Shown piece by piece: positions 28,108 through 35,356 of a stretch of 62,308 nucleotides of DNA. This DNA comes from Armatimonadota bacterium (GTDB lineage Bacteria; Sysuimicrobiota; Sysuimicrobiia; Sysuimicrobiales; Kaftiobacteriaceae): positions 1-62,308 of the forward strand of contig JBBIUY010000015.1 in NCBI GenBank assembly GCA_037440005.1, written 5' to 3'. Every line of letters begins with the position of its first letter. Position 1 is the first letter of the stretch. Position numbers and translations under genes: made by a program. Below the pieces are notes generated by a model that was not told the DNA's origin, made no database searches, and worked only from the letters and a program-made list of their open reading frames with translations.

Positions 28108-29337
28108 TCACTTCAGCGCCTCGGCCACGCAGGCGTTTTCCTTCTCCGCCGCCGCCCGGACCAGCTGCTCCACCGGCGTGGTGGTCAGGGCGATGGCGTC
28201 CCACAGGTCGTTGCGGATGGGGTCGCACACCCCCACGTAGTCCACGGGACGGACGAACCGCAGCGAGTCGCGCACCACCGCATTGGGTTCCTCGGGCAGC
28301 AGGCTAGGCGTGGCCGGCAGGTCGCCGGCGTTCTTCATCCAGGTCCGCTGGCCGGTGCGGGACGTGAGGAAGGAGACCCACTTCCACGCGGCCTCCACGT
28401 TCCGGGACTTGGCGTTGACCACGTAGGCCCAGTGGTGGCCCGGCACCACCAGCTTCTTGCCGGCGACGCGCGGGATGGGGGCGATGGTGTACTTGATGTC
28501 CGGCGCCAGGGCGGCGATCACGCTGCGGTTCACCGGGTGGTTGATGTAGAAGACCGCCCGGCGGAATTCCCACTTGCGCTGGCCGGGCAAAAAGCGCGGC
28601 GAGTCCACCGCCCCGGGCCCCCGCAGGAGGGTCTCGGCCACCTTCCAGGCGGCGATGCCCTGGGGGCTGTCGTAGGTCGCCCGCCGGGCCCGGGCGTCGA
28701 TCACCGGCCCCTCCACGTACTGGTACAGCAGGGAGCTGTACACCGCCCACCGGTACCGGGTGTCCAGCCCCGCCTGGACGATGTTGCCGGCGGCGTCGCG
28801 CTTGGTGGCCCTGCGCGCTGCGGCGATCAGGTCATCCCAAGTCTCGGGCGGCTTGGCGGGATCCAGCCCGGCCTCCCGGGCCAGCTCGTCGTTGATGTAC
28901 ATGACCAGGTGCTGGACGTCGGTGGGCAGCCCGTAGTACTGGGAGCCCCGGCGGAAGCGCTCGGTGGTCCAGGACAGGTAGTTGTCCCGGATGAACTCGG
29001 GGGTGGCCACGCTGGCCGGGACGGGCGCCAGGAACCCGGCGTTGATGAACTGTTCGGCGTTCTCCATGGCGATCTGGAAGACGTCGGGCCCGGTGCCCGC
29101 GGCCAGGGACGACAGGAGTTTGGCGAAGTACTGTTCGTAGGGCGGCAGGTCGGTCTGCACCCGGATGCCCGGGTTCTGCCGCTCGAAGACCTGCACCAGG
29201 CCCCGCAGGGCGTTGGCGCGGCCTTCGTGGAAGTGCTGCCAGTGGACGATGGTCACCGGCGGCTGGGCCACCGCCGGCAGGGTCGGGGCCACCAGCAGCA
29301 GGGCCGCACACAGAATCCACAGCGCTCGCACTCGCAC
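28108..29337 (-). CDS. sugar ABC transporter substrate-binding protein
   Basis: Signal peptide, AAGTGPDVF, YGLP, PPETWDDL; SD AAAGGAGG. Confidence 0.9.
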   Translation of the reverse strand: MRVRALWILCAALLLVAPTLPAVAQPPVTIVHWQHFHEGRANALRGLVQVFERQNPGIRVQTDLPPYEQYFAKLLSSLAAGTGPDVFQIAMENAEQFINAGFLAPVPASVATPEFIRDNYLSWTTERFRRGSQYYGLPTDVQHLVMYINDELAREAGLDPAKPPETWDDLIAAARRATKRDAAGNIVQAGLDTRYRWAVYSSLLYQYVEGPVIDARARRATYDSPQGIAAWKVAETLLRGPGAVDSPRFLPGQRKWEFRRAVFYINHPVNRSVIAALAPDIKYTIAPIPRVAGKKLVVPGHHWAYVVNAKSRNVEAAWKWVSFLTSRTGQRTWMKNAGDLPATPSLLPEEPNAVVRDSLRFVRPVDYVGVCDPIRNDLWDAIALTTTPVEQLVRAAAEKENACVAEALK

Positions 29338-29389
29338 GACTGTCAGCCTCCTTTGGTGGTGCGGGATACCGGCCGGATGGGATGCGCTG

Positions 29390-30361
29390 TCACCTCCTTT
29401 CGGGTGGGGCGGCCGGTGCGGGGGAGTCCAGCCGCAGCAGCCGGCGCGCGTTGCCGGCGAAGACGGCCGCCACCTCCTCGTCGGTGAAGCCCACCGAGCG
29501 GCAGGCCCGCAGCTGCTCCTCCACGTAGCGGGCCACGAAGCCGCGGGGGAAGTGAGAGGAGTCGGTGCCGAACACGATGCGCCCGGCGCCGATGGTCTCC
29601 CGGAACCGCCGGAACAGCTCGGCCAGGGTCAGCTCGGGAACCATCCAGCGGGTCCACTCGTTGTTGCCCGATGTGTCCACGTAGACGTTCTCGCACGCCC
29701 AGCACAGGTGCAGCAGCTCGGTGGGGTACCCGCAGCCGAAGTGGGGCACGACGAACGGCACCGTCGGGAACCCCTTGGCCACGTCGTGCAGGACCAGCGG
29801 GTTGATGTTGCGGGAGAAGGCGATGCCCCCGCCCCCGCCCAGCGGCCCGAAGTGCACCAGCACCGGGATCTGCAGCTCCTCGCACGCCTCCCACACCGGG
29901 TCCAGGGAGGGGTCGTCGATGGCCCCGGTCAGGGCGGGGGCCAGGATCTTGTAGCCGCGCAGGCCCAGCTCGGTCACCGCGCGGCGCAGCTCGTCGGCGG
30001 CGCGGGGGCTGAAGGGGTCGTGGTGGGCGAACCCGACGAATCGGGGATGCGCCCGGCAGACCTCGGCCAGGGCGTCGTTGCCGCCGCCGGTGACGAAGAC
30101 GATCCCCTCCAGGCCGTAGCGGTCCACCTCCCGGGCCCACCGGCGGACGGCGTCGTCCACCGACACCTCTTCGGGGAGGGGAAAGGACCAGCGGCGCCAC
30201 CACTCCACCTGCGCCTGGTAGTTCCGGCGGGTGAGCAGGTCCAGCTTGGCCTGGCCGCGGCGCGCGGCGTAGGCCCGGCCCCAGGCCCCCCACAGGTCGT
30301 CGGCGGGGTGAGGAAAGTGGGCGTGGAAGTCCAGCAGGGGGATCCCGAAGACGCTGATCAC
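29390..30361 (-). CDS. amidohydrolase_2 family metallo-hydrolase
   Basis: DFHAH, LRGYK, PVLVHFG, VPHFG, VYVDTSG, FGTDS. Confidence 0.85.
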   Translation of the reverse strand: MISVFGIPLLDFHAHFPHPADDLWGAWGRAYAARRGQAKLDLLTRRNYQAQVEWWRRWSFPLPEEVSVDDAVRRWAREVDRYGLEGIVFVTGGGNDALAEVCRAHPRFVGFAHHDPFSPRAADELRRAVTELGLRGYKILAPALTGAIDDPSLDPVWEACEELQIPVLVHFGPLGGGGGIAFSRNINPLVLHDVAKGFPTVPFVVPHFGCGYPTELLHLCWACENVYVDTSGNNEWTRWMVPELTLAELFRRFRETIGAGRIVFGTDSSHFPRGFVARYVEEQLRACRSVGFTDEEVAAVFAGNARRLLRLDSPAPAAPPERR

Positions 30362-31509
30362 CGCCGTCCCCCCGCCGCCAGGGCGCGGCCGGCCCGCAGG
30401 GCCACCGCCACCGCGCCCAGCAAGGTCGCCTCTCCCGACAGCGCCGAGGGGGCCACCTCGGGCGCGAAGGGCACCAATCTCCGCAGGTGTGCCCGCACGG
30501 GGTCCAGGAGCAGGTCGGCGTTCTGTCCGACTCCGCCGCCCAGCACCACCAGGGACAGGTCCAGGGCGGCGTTGACGCAGGAGATGGTCCAGGCCAGCAG
30601 GCGGGCCACCTGGTCCACCACCTCCCCGGCCTGCGGGTCTCCGGCCCGGGCTGCGGCGAACACGTCCTCCGGCGTCCTGTAGGGGGTCCGCTCCCGGGCC
30701 AGGGCGGCGATGCCGGGGCCGCCCAGGAAGGTCTCCACGGGCACGTGGGCCCCTCCGGCCGGGACAGGCAGGTAGCCGACTTCCCCCGCGTACCCGGTGG
30801 CGCCCCGGTACAGTTCGCCGCCGATCACGATGCCCATGCCGACCCCGGTGCCGACCGCCAGGTAGGCGAAGTGGGGCACCGCCGCCGCCCGCCCGCGCCA
30901 CTTTTCCCCCACCGCCGCCAGGTTGACGTCGTTGTCCATCACCACCGCCACCCGCAGGCGCCGGGCCAGCACCTCCCGCAGCCGCACGCCGTTCAGGTAG
31001 GGGACGTTGACGCACAGCCGGATCTCCTGCCCTCCGGCGTCCACGGCGCCCGGGACCCCGATGCCCACCGCCATCACCCGCCGGCGCGGCACCCGGGCGC
31101 CGTCCAGCGCGCGAGCGTACAGGTGCTCGATGGTCCGCAGGAGCGCGTCCAGACCGGCGGAGGGGGTGGGGGCGTGGACCCGCTCGCGGATCTGCCCGGT
31201 CAGGTCGGCCACGGCCAGGCGGATCCGGGTCGCTCCCAGGTCCACGCCGGCCACGTAGCCGGCGTCGGGGTTTAAGGCCACCGCCCGGGGACGGCGGCCG
31301 ACGCCGGCGCGGGCGGCCCGGCGTTCGGTGACCAGGCGCTGGGCCAGCAGGGAGTGGACGATGGACGAGACGGTGGACTTGCTGAGGTTCAGCCGGGCGG
31401 TCAGGACCGAGCGGGTGAGGGGGCCGTTCTTGCGGAGGGTCTCCAGGACCGCCTGCTCGTTGAGCATCCGCAGCAGGAAGGGCCTGCCCACCACCGGCGG
31501 CGTCGCCAC
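30358..31509 (-). CDS. ROK family transcriptional repressor (XylR/NagC-like)
   Basis: N-terminal HTH LSKSTVSSIV, GVDLG, DNDVNLAAVGE, GTGVGMG, AGEVG. Confidence 0.9.
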   Translation of the reverse strand: MATPPVVGRPFLLRMLNEQAVLETLRKNGPLTRSVLTARLNLSKSTVSSIVHSLLAQRLVTERRAARAGVGRRPRAVALNPDAGYVAGVDLGATRIRLAVADLTGQIRERVHAPTPSAGLDALLRTIEHLYARALDGARVPRRRVMAVGIGVPGAVDAGGQEIRLCVNVPYLNGVRLREVLARRLRVAVVMDNDVNLAAVGEKWRGRAAAVPHFAYLAVGTGVGMGIVIGGELYRGATGYAGEVGYLPVPAGGAHVPVETFLGGPGIAALARERTPYRTPEDVFAAARAGDPQAGEVVDQVARLLAWTISCVNAALDLSLVVLGGGVGQNADLLLDPVRAHLRRLVPFAPEVAPSALSGEATLLGAVAVALRAGRALAAGGRR

Positions 31510-31549
31510 GCCCCACCCCGTCGGCCTCCCGGCGGAACCCCGGGCGCGG

Positions 31550-31574
31550 AATTTGTTCGCTTTTCGAACAAATT
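31550..31574. promoter_or_regulatory. ROK-type operator AATTTGTTCG-N5-CGAACAAATT
   Basis: Perfect 10-bp inverted repeat, AT-rich, just upstream of the ROK gene; resembles XylR boxes. Confidence 0.8.
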
Positions 31575-31624
31575 ACTCCAACTTCATTCGGCGCGGCCGC
31601 CGAGGTTTCCTTCCGGCGGGGCCG

Positions 31625-32524
31625 TCAGGAGGCTTCCAGCAGCCGCCGGGCGTTGTCCCGCAGGATGGCCTGGCGGTCCTGGTCGGACAGTTCCAGGCGG
31701 GCGAGGACGTCGGTCTGCTCGCGGAGGATGTGGTGGCGGTAGCCGCTCCAGGCGGTGGAGTCGGTGCCGAACAGGATGCGCCGGGGGCCGTAGGCCCGCA
31801 GGGCGTCCCGGAAGACCTGCTCCAGGGAGGGGGCCCCCGGGTAGTAGTCCCGCCAGTTGTTGGTCCCCGAGGTGTCCACGCACACGTTCTCGGTGTGGTA
31901 GGCCAAAAACAGCGTCTCCCGCAGGAAGCCGGCGCCGAAGTGGGCGATGATGAAGGTGACGTCGGGGAACTCCTTGACCGGGGCCGACAGGGACAGGGGG
32001 CTGGCGTAGGTCAGGTCGTAAAAGCTGCCCACGGTGATCCCGAAGTGGAACAGGACCGGCAGGCGGTGTTCCGCCGCCGCCTCGTAGACGGGGTACAGGG
32101 TCCTGTCGTTGGCGTGAAACCGCTGGATGGGCGGGTACAGCTTCAGGCCGCTTAATCCCCAGGACCGGAACCGGGCGACGGTGCGCGCCGCGTCGGGGTG
32201 GCGCGGGTCCGCCAGGGACCCCCAGCCGAACAGGCGGCGGGGGTTGAGGGCCACGAACGCGGCGAGCTCTTCGTTGGCCTCGCCCACCGCGATGAACGCG
32301 CCGGCTTCCACCCCGGCCTTGTCGAACTCCGCGAGCCAGTAGCGGGCGTGGTCCTCCAGGGTCCTGCCTTCCAGTTCGGCCAGCCGTTCCTCGTACGTCT
32401 TGCCGCGGACGGTGGCCGCCTGCACCGCCTTCTGCCTGTACGCGGGCATGCGGTCGCGCTGCCGGCGCAGCATGCCGGCGGTGACCAGGTGCAGGTGGCT
32501 GTCGAAGACCGCCACGGCTCCCAC
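31625..32524 (-). CDS. amidohydrolase_2 family metallo-hydrolase (paralog)
   Basis: DSHLH, GLKLYP, PVLFHFG, AHFGAG, VDTSG, LFGTDS. Confidence 0.85.
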   Translation of the reverse strand: MGAVAVFDSHLHLVTAGMLRRQRDRMPAYRQKAVQAATVRGKTYEERLAELEGRTLEDHARYWLAEFDKAGVEAGAFIAVGEANEELAAFVALNPRRLFGWGSLADPRHPDAARTVARFRSWGLSGLKLYPPIQRFHANDRTLYPVYEAAAEHRLPVLFHFGITVGSFYDLTYASPLSLSAPVKEFPDVTFIIAHFGAGFLRETLFLAYHTENVCVDTSGTNNWRDYYPGAPSLEQVFRDALRAYGPRRILFGTDSTAWSGYRHHILREQTDVLARLELSDQDRQAILRDNARRLLEAS

Positions 32525-32616
32525 GATAGGCGGGGGATCTCGCCGCCGTCAAGGCGCTGGGGGTGCAGGGCGGGAGGAGTCTGCGGGAGGTTTGATGGAG
32601 CATCCGGGCACGGCCG

Positions 32617-32632
32617 TGGCACGCCGGATGCT
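32617..32632 (+). promoter_or_regulatory. sigma54 (-24/-12) promoter TGGCACGCCGGATGCT
   Basis: TGGCACG plus TGCT with exact GG-N10-GC spacing, upstream of riboswitch 1. Confidence 0.65.
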
Positions 32633-32691
32633 ATCCGGTGACGGTGGACGGGCCGTGGCCCCGTCCCACAAACAGGATACGCGAGACGCGG

Positions 32692-32860
32692 TCCTCATAC
32701 CGATAAAGGCAAACCCGTCGCGAGGCGGGGACGCAAAGCCACGGGACTCTCCGGTGGCGGTGGAACGTTGAAACGTTGGAACGTCGGACTCTGACACAAA
32801 TCCAACGGTCCAACGCTCCAACGCATCACCGAGAGAGTCAGCCGGGTTGCCGAAGGTGGG
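32692..32860 (+). promoter_or_regulatory. cyclic di-GMP-I (GEMM-I) riboswitch, copy 1, with extended P3
   Basis: CGATAAAGGCAAACCCGTCGCGAGGCGGGGACGCAAAGCCACGGG...CAGCCGGGTTGCCGAA matches the GEMM-I core. Confidence 0.9.
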
Positions 32861-32873
32861 GATGGCGGCGGGC

Positions 32874-32916
32874 AGGCGTGCACGCCCATCTTCGGGGGAG
32901 GTGGGCGTGCACGCCT
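32874..32916 (+). other. strong 18-bp hairpin in the TPR gene leader
   Basis: AGGCGTGCACGCCCATCT / AGGTGGGCGTGCACGCCT, one G-U pair; no U-tract. Confidence 0.7.
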
Positions 32917-32932
32917 TGTGGGGGGAGTTGCG

Positions 32933-33967
32933 GTGGACGCGAATCCGGAGGTCTGGAGGCTGGAGGCTGCAGCGCTGCGGTTTCGCACCCGGGGACGGGT
33001 GGGCCAGGCGTTTCCCCTGTACGCCCGGGCGGCGCAGCTGGCGGAGGCCGCGGACCCCGACGAGGCGTCCAAGCTGTGGGGGCGGGCGGGGGCCTGCGCG
33101 CTCGAGGCCGGGCACGCCGACGCCGCGGCCGCCTGTTTCCGGCAGGCGGTGGATCTGGTCAGCTTCGACCACCTGGACCGGCACGGGCGACTCACCCGCC
33201 TGTACGCCAACCTGACCGCGGCCCTCTACCAGGGGTCGCGGATCCGGGAAGCGTGGGACGCCGGACGCCAGGCGCTGCTGCTGGCCGAAGAGGGAGGGCG
33301 GTCCCGCGCCATCGCCCAGGCGTTGTACAACCTCGGGCTCGCCGAGCGCTACCTGGGAGGGTTCGAGGAGGCCGCCAAGCTGTTCCGGGAAGCCCGGACT
33401 GCCTACCTGGAGGCCGGGTTGAGCTCGCGGGCGGCGGAAGCCCTGCACAACCTGGGCTGGGTCCACGGGGACCGCGGTGAGTTCGAGGCGGCGGACGCGG
33501 CCCTCCGGCAGGCGTGGGTCGAGAAGGCCGTCCTCGGGGAGTCGGTCGCCCGCATCCAGGTGGAACTGGCCCGCCTGCGGCTGTTGCGCGGCGACTGGGT
33601 GGGCTCCCTGGCGGGGGCGCTGGAGGTCATCGAGGCGGTCGAGTCCCTCACCGACCCCGAAACCTACCTGCAGGCCCTGACCGTGGCCGCCGAGGCGTCG
33701 CGGGCCGACGACCTGGCCGCGGCCCTGGACTATGCCCGCATGGCCGTGGACCTGGCCGTCAGCCTGGGGCGGCCTCCCGCCCTGCTGGACCTGCTGCCGC
33801 TGGTGGTCCGGCTGCACGCCGAGGCCGACCTGGTGCTGGACAGGCGGATGCAGGCCCTGGCGACGGAGATCTACGCACGCCGGTACGGTCTGCACACCCC
33901 CGCCGGCTTCCTGTGGGGGCCGGACCGTGCCGGGGAAGTCCGATCCTACCGCGGAGAGGAGGGATGA
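32933..33967 (+). CDS. tetratricopeptide-repeat protein
   Basis: TPR helices LYANL, ALYNLGLA...FEEAAKLF, ALHNLGWV...FEAA; GTG after GGGAG. Confidence 0.8.
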   Translation: MDANPEVWRLEAAALRFRTRGRVGQAFPLYARAAQLAEAADPDEASKLWGRAGACALEAGHADAAAACFRQAVDLVSFDHLDRHGRLTRLYANLTAALYQGSRIREAWDAGRQALLLAEEGGRSRAIAQALYNLGLAERYLGGFEEAAKLFREARTAYLEAGLSSRAAEALHNLGWVHGDRGEFEAADAALRQAWVEKAVLGESVARIQVELARLRLLRGDWVGSLAGALEVIEAVESLTDPETYLQALTVAAEASRADDLAAALDYARMAVDLAVSLGRPPALLDLLPLVVRLHAEADLVLDRRMQALATEIYARRYGLHTPAGFLWGPDRAGEVRSYRGEEG

Positions 33968-34170
33968 TCATGCGCGGGGCGGTGGTGGCGATTCTGACCG
34001 GTGCCGTCCTGCTGGCTCTCGTCCCGGCCGTCGGGGCCGCGCAGCCCGAGAATCCCACGGCCCGGGCCGAGCAGGGCTCCTTCAACAAGGCCCAGGCCGG
34101 TCTGGACCATCAGGCTCCGGCGGCGTGGGAGCACGACGGGCCGGCCCGGCCCCACGTGGAGTGGGACTGA
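33964..34170 (+). CDS. small secreted peptide (68 aa)
   Basis: ATGA overlap with TPR stop, SD GAGGAGG; MIMRGAVVAILTGAVLLALVPAVGA signal peptide then a 43-aa polar tail ending PHVEWD. Confidence 0.7.
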   Translation: MIMRGAVVAILTGAVLLALVPAVGAAQPENPTARAEQGSFNKAQAGLDHQAPAAWEHDGPARPHVEWD

Positions 34171-34198
34171 GCGCCCGCCTGGGGTGATGCGCGGGCGC
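34171..34198 (+). terminator. GC-rich hairpin after the peptide gene
   Basis: GCGCCCGC...GCGGGCGC arms; only a weak, displaced T-tract. Confidence 0.35.
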
Positions 34199-34252
34199 CG
34201 ACGCATTTTCGGGAGGTGACACCGGACAGGGCGGCAGGACGGGTGAGGCCTG

Positions 34253-34434
34253 GTCCTCATCCCGACAAAGGCAAACCCGTCGCGAGGCGGGGACGCAAAG
34301 CCACGGGACTCTCCGGTAGCGTTGGAACGTTGAAACGTTGGAACGTTGGAGTCCCACGCGAGTCCAACGGTCCGACGCTCCAACGGTCCAACGTCTCACG
34401 GGGGGAGTCAGCCGGGCTGCCGAAGGAGGAGGAC
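34253..34434 (+). promoter_or_regulatory. cyclic di-GMP-I (GEMM-I) riboswitch, copy 2, with extended P3
   Basis: CGACAAAGGCAAACCCGTCGCGAGGCGGGGACGCAAAGCCACGGG...CAGCCGGGCTGCCGAA. Confidence 0.9.
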
Positions 34435-34438
34435 GGTC

Positions 34439-34840
34439 ATGGTCAGGCGGTGGCAGGTGTGGAGCGCCGCGGCGGCGCTGGCGGCGTGGGGGCTCATGCC
34501 CGCAGGTGTCCAGGCGGCGGCGACGACGGTTTCGGTCCAGGTCTCTCCCGTCCAGCGTCTGGAGGGCGACACGCTGGCGGTCGTCCCGGCGGACCGGGCG
34601 GCGGAGGGGACGGTGGTGGTCAAGAGCAACATTGCCTGGACGCTGGTGGCCGAGGTGTCCGGGAGTGCCGGGGGCGTCCTGTGGCGGGCCGACGGCGGGC
34701 CGTGGCGGCGCCTGGGGACGCGCACGCCCGTGCTGAGCGGACGGCCGGGCATGTACCCTGTCCGCTACGAGGTCCGGCCGGCCACCGCCGGGGCCGGACC
34801 GGCCCACATCCGCCTCTCCCTCTCCCCTCAGACCCCCTGA
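34439..34840 (+). CDS. small secreted beta-rich protein
   Basis: SD AGGAGGAGG; signal peptide ending VQA; beta-strand pattern VVVKSNIAWTLVA, VRYEV, IRLSL. Confidence 0.75.
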   Translation: MVRRWQVWSAAAALAAWGLMPAGVQAAATTVSVQVSPVQRLEGDTLAVVPADRAAEGTVVVKSNIAWTLVAEVSGSAGGVLWRADGGPWRRLGTRTPVLSGRPGMYPVRYEVRPATAGAGPAHIRLSLSPQTP

Positions 34841-34875
34841 CAGCGCCCCGCCGGATCTGTGCGCGCAGAGCGTCC

Positions 34876-34891
34876 CGGCACGGCAGGTGCT
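34876..34891 (+). promoter_or_regulatory. sigma54 (-24/-12) promoter CGGCACGGCAGGTGCT
   Basis: GGCACG plus TGCT with exact spacing; followed by ATCCG like the 32617 copy. Confidence 0.6.
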
Positions 34892-34900
34892 ATCCGAAGC

Positions 34901-35356
34901 ATGCGGGGGACGCTCGTGACGGAACGGCTGCGCATCGAGGACGTGTGGTGGACCGCCGCCGGGGAGGCGGCGGAGGCCCGGGTGAGCCTCTGCCACCGCG
35001 GCCGCCGGGCCGAGGGCCAGGCTCGCCTGCCGCTGGAGGCCTGGCGGGAGGCCGTGGCCCAGGCCACCCTGCAGGCCGTGCGGGCGCTTGTGGCCGGCGT
35101 CTCAGAGGTGGCGCTGGACGCGGTGAGCGAGGTGCGGTCCGGGCGGTGCCCGCTGGTGGTGGTGACCCTGACCCGCGGCCGCGGGCGCGGCGGATCGTAC
35201 CTGTCGGGCACGGCCGTGCTGGGAGACGACGGAGGGTGGGCCGTGGCCCGCGCGGTCCTGCACGGGCTTAACCGGTGGATCGAACCCCGCCTGGACGGAC
35301 AGACCCCCGACGCCGGGGCCCGGACTACCCCCGGCCCGATACGCCCTCCCGGGTGA
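34901..35356 (+). CDS. hypothetical protein (start 34901 or GTG 34916)
   Basis: Internally repeated AVAQATLQAV / AVARAVLHGLNR helices; coding-like codon use. Confidence 0.7.
   Translation: MRGTLVTERLRIEDVWWTAAGEAAEARVSLCHRGRRAEGQARLPLEAWREAVAQATLQAVRALVAGVSEVALDAVSEVRSGRCPLVVVTLTRGRGRGGSYLSGTAVLGDDGGWAVARAVLHGLNRWIEPRLDGQTPDAGARTTPGPIRPPG

Noticed and set aside
32750..32830. 8-nt repeats as a mini-CRISPR or coding VNTR
   Set aside because: No spacers; they form the two arms of a hairpin inside riboswitch P3
32692..34434. c-AMP-GMP (GEMM-Ib) specificity of the riboswitches
   Set aside because: The base equivalent to position 20 is G (AAAG-GCAAACC), which predicts c-di-GMP
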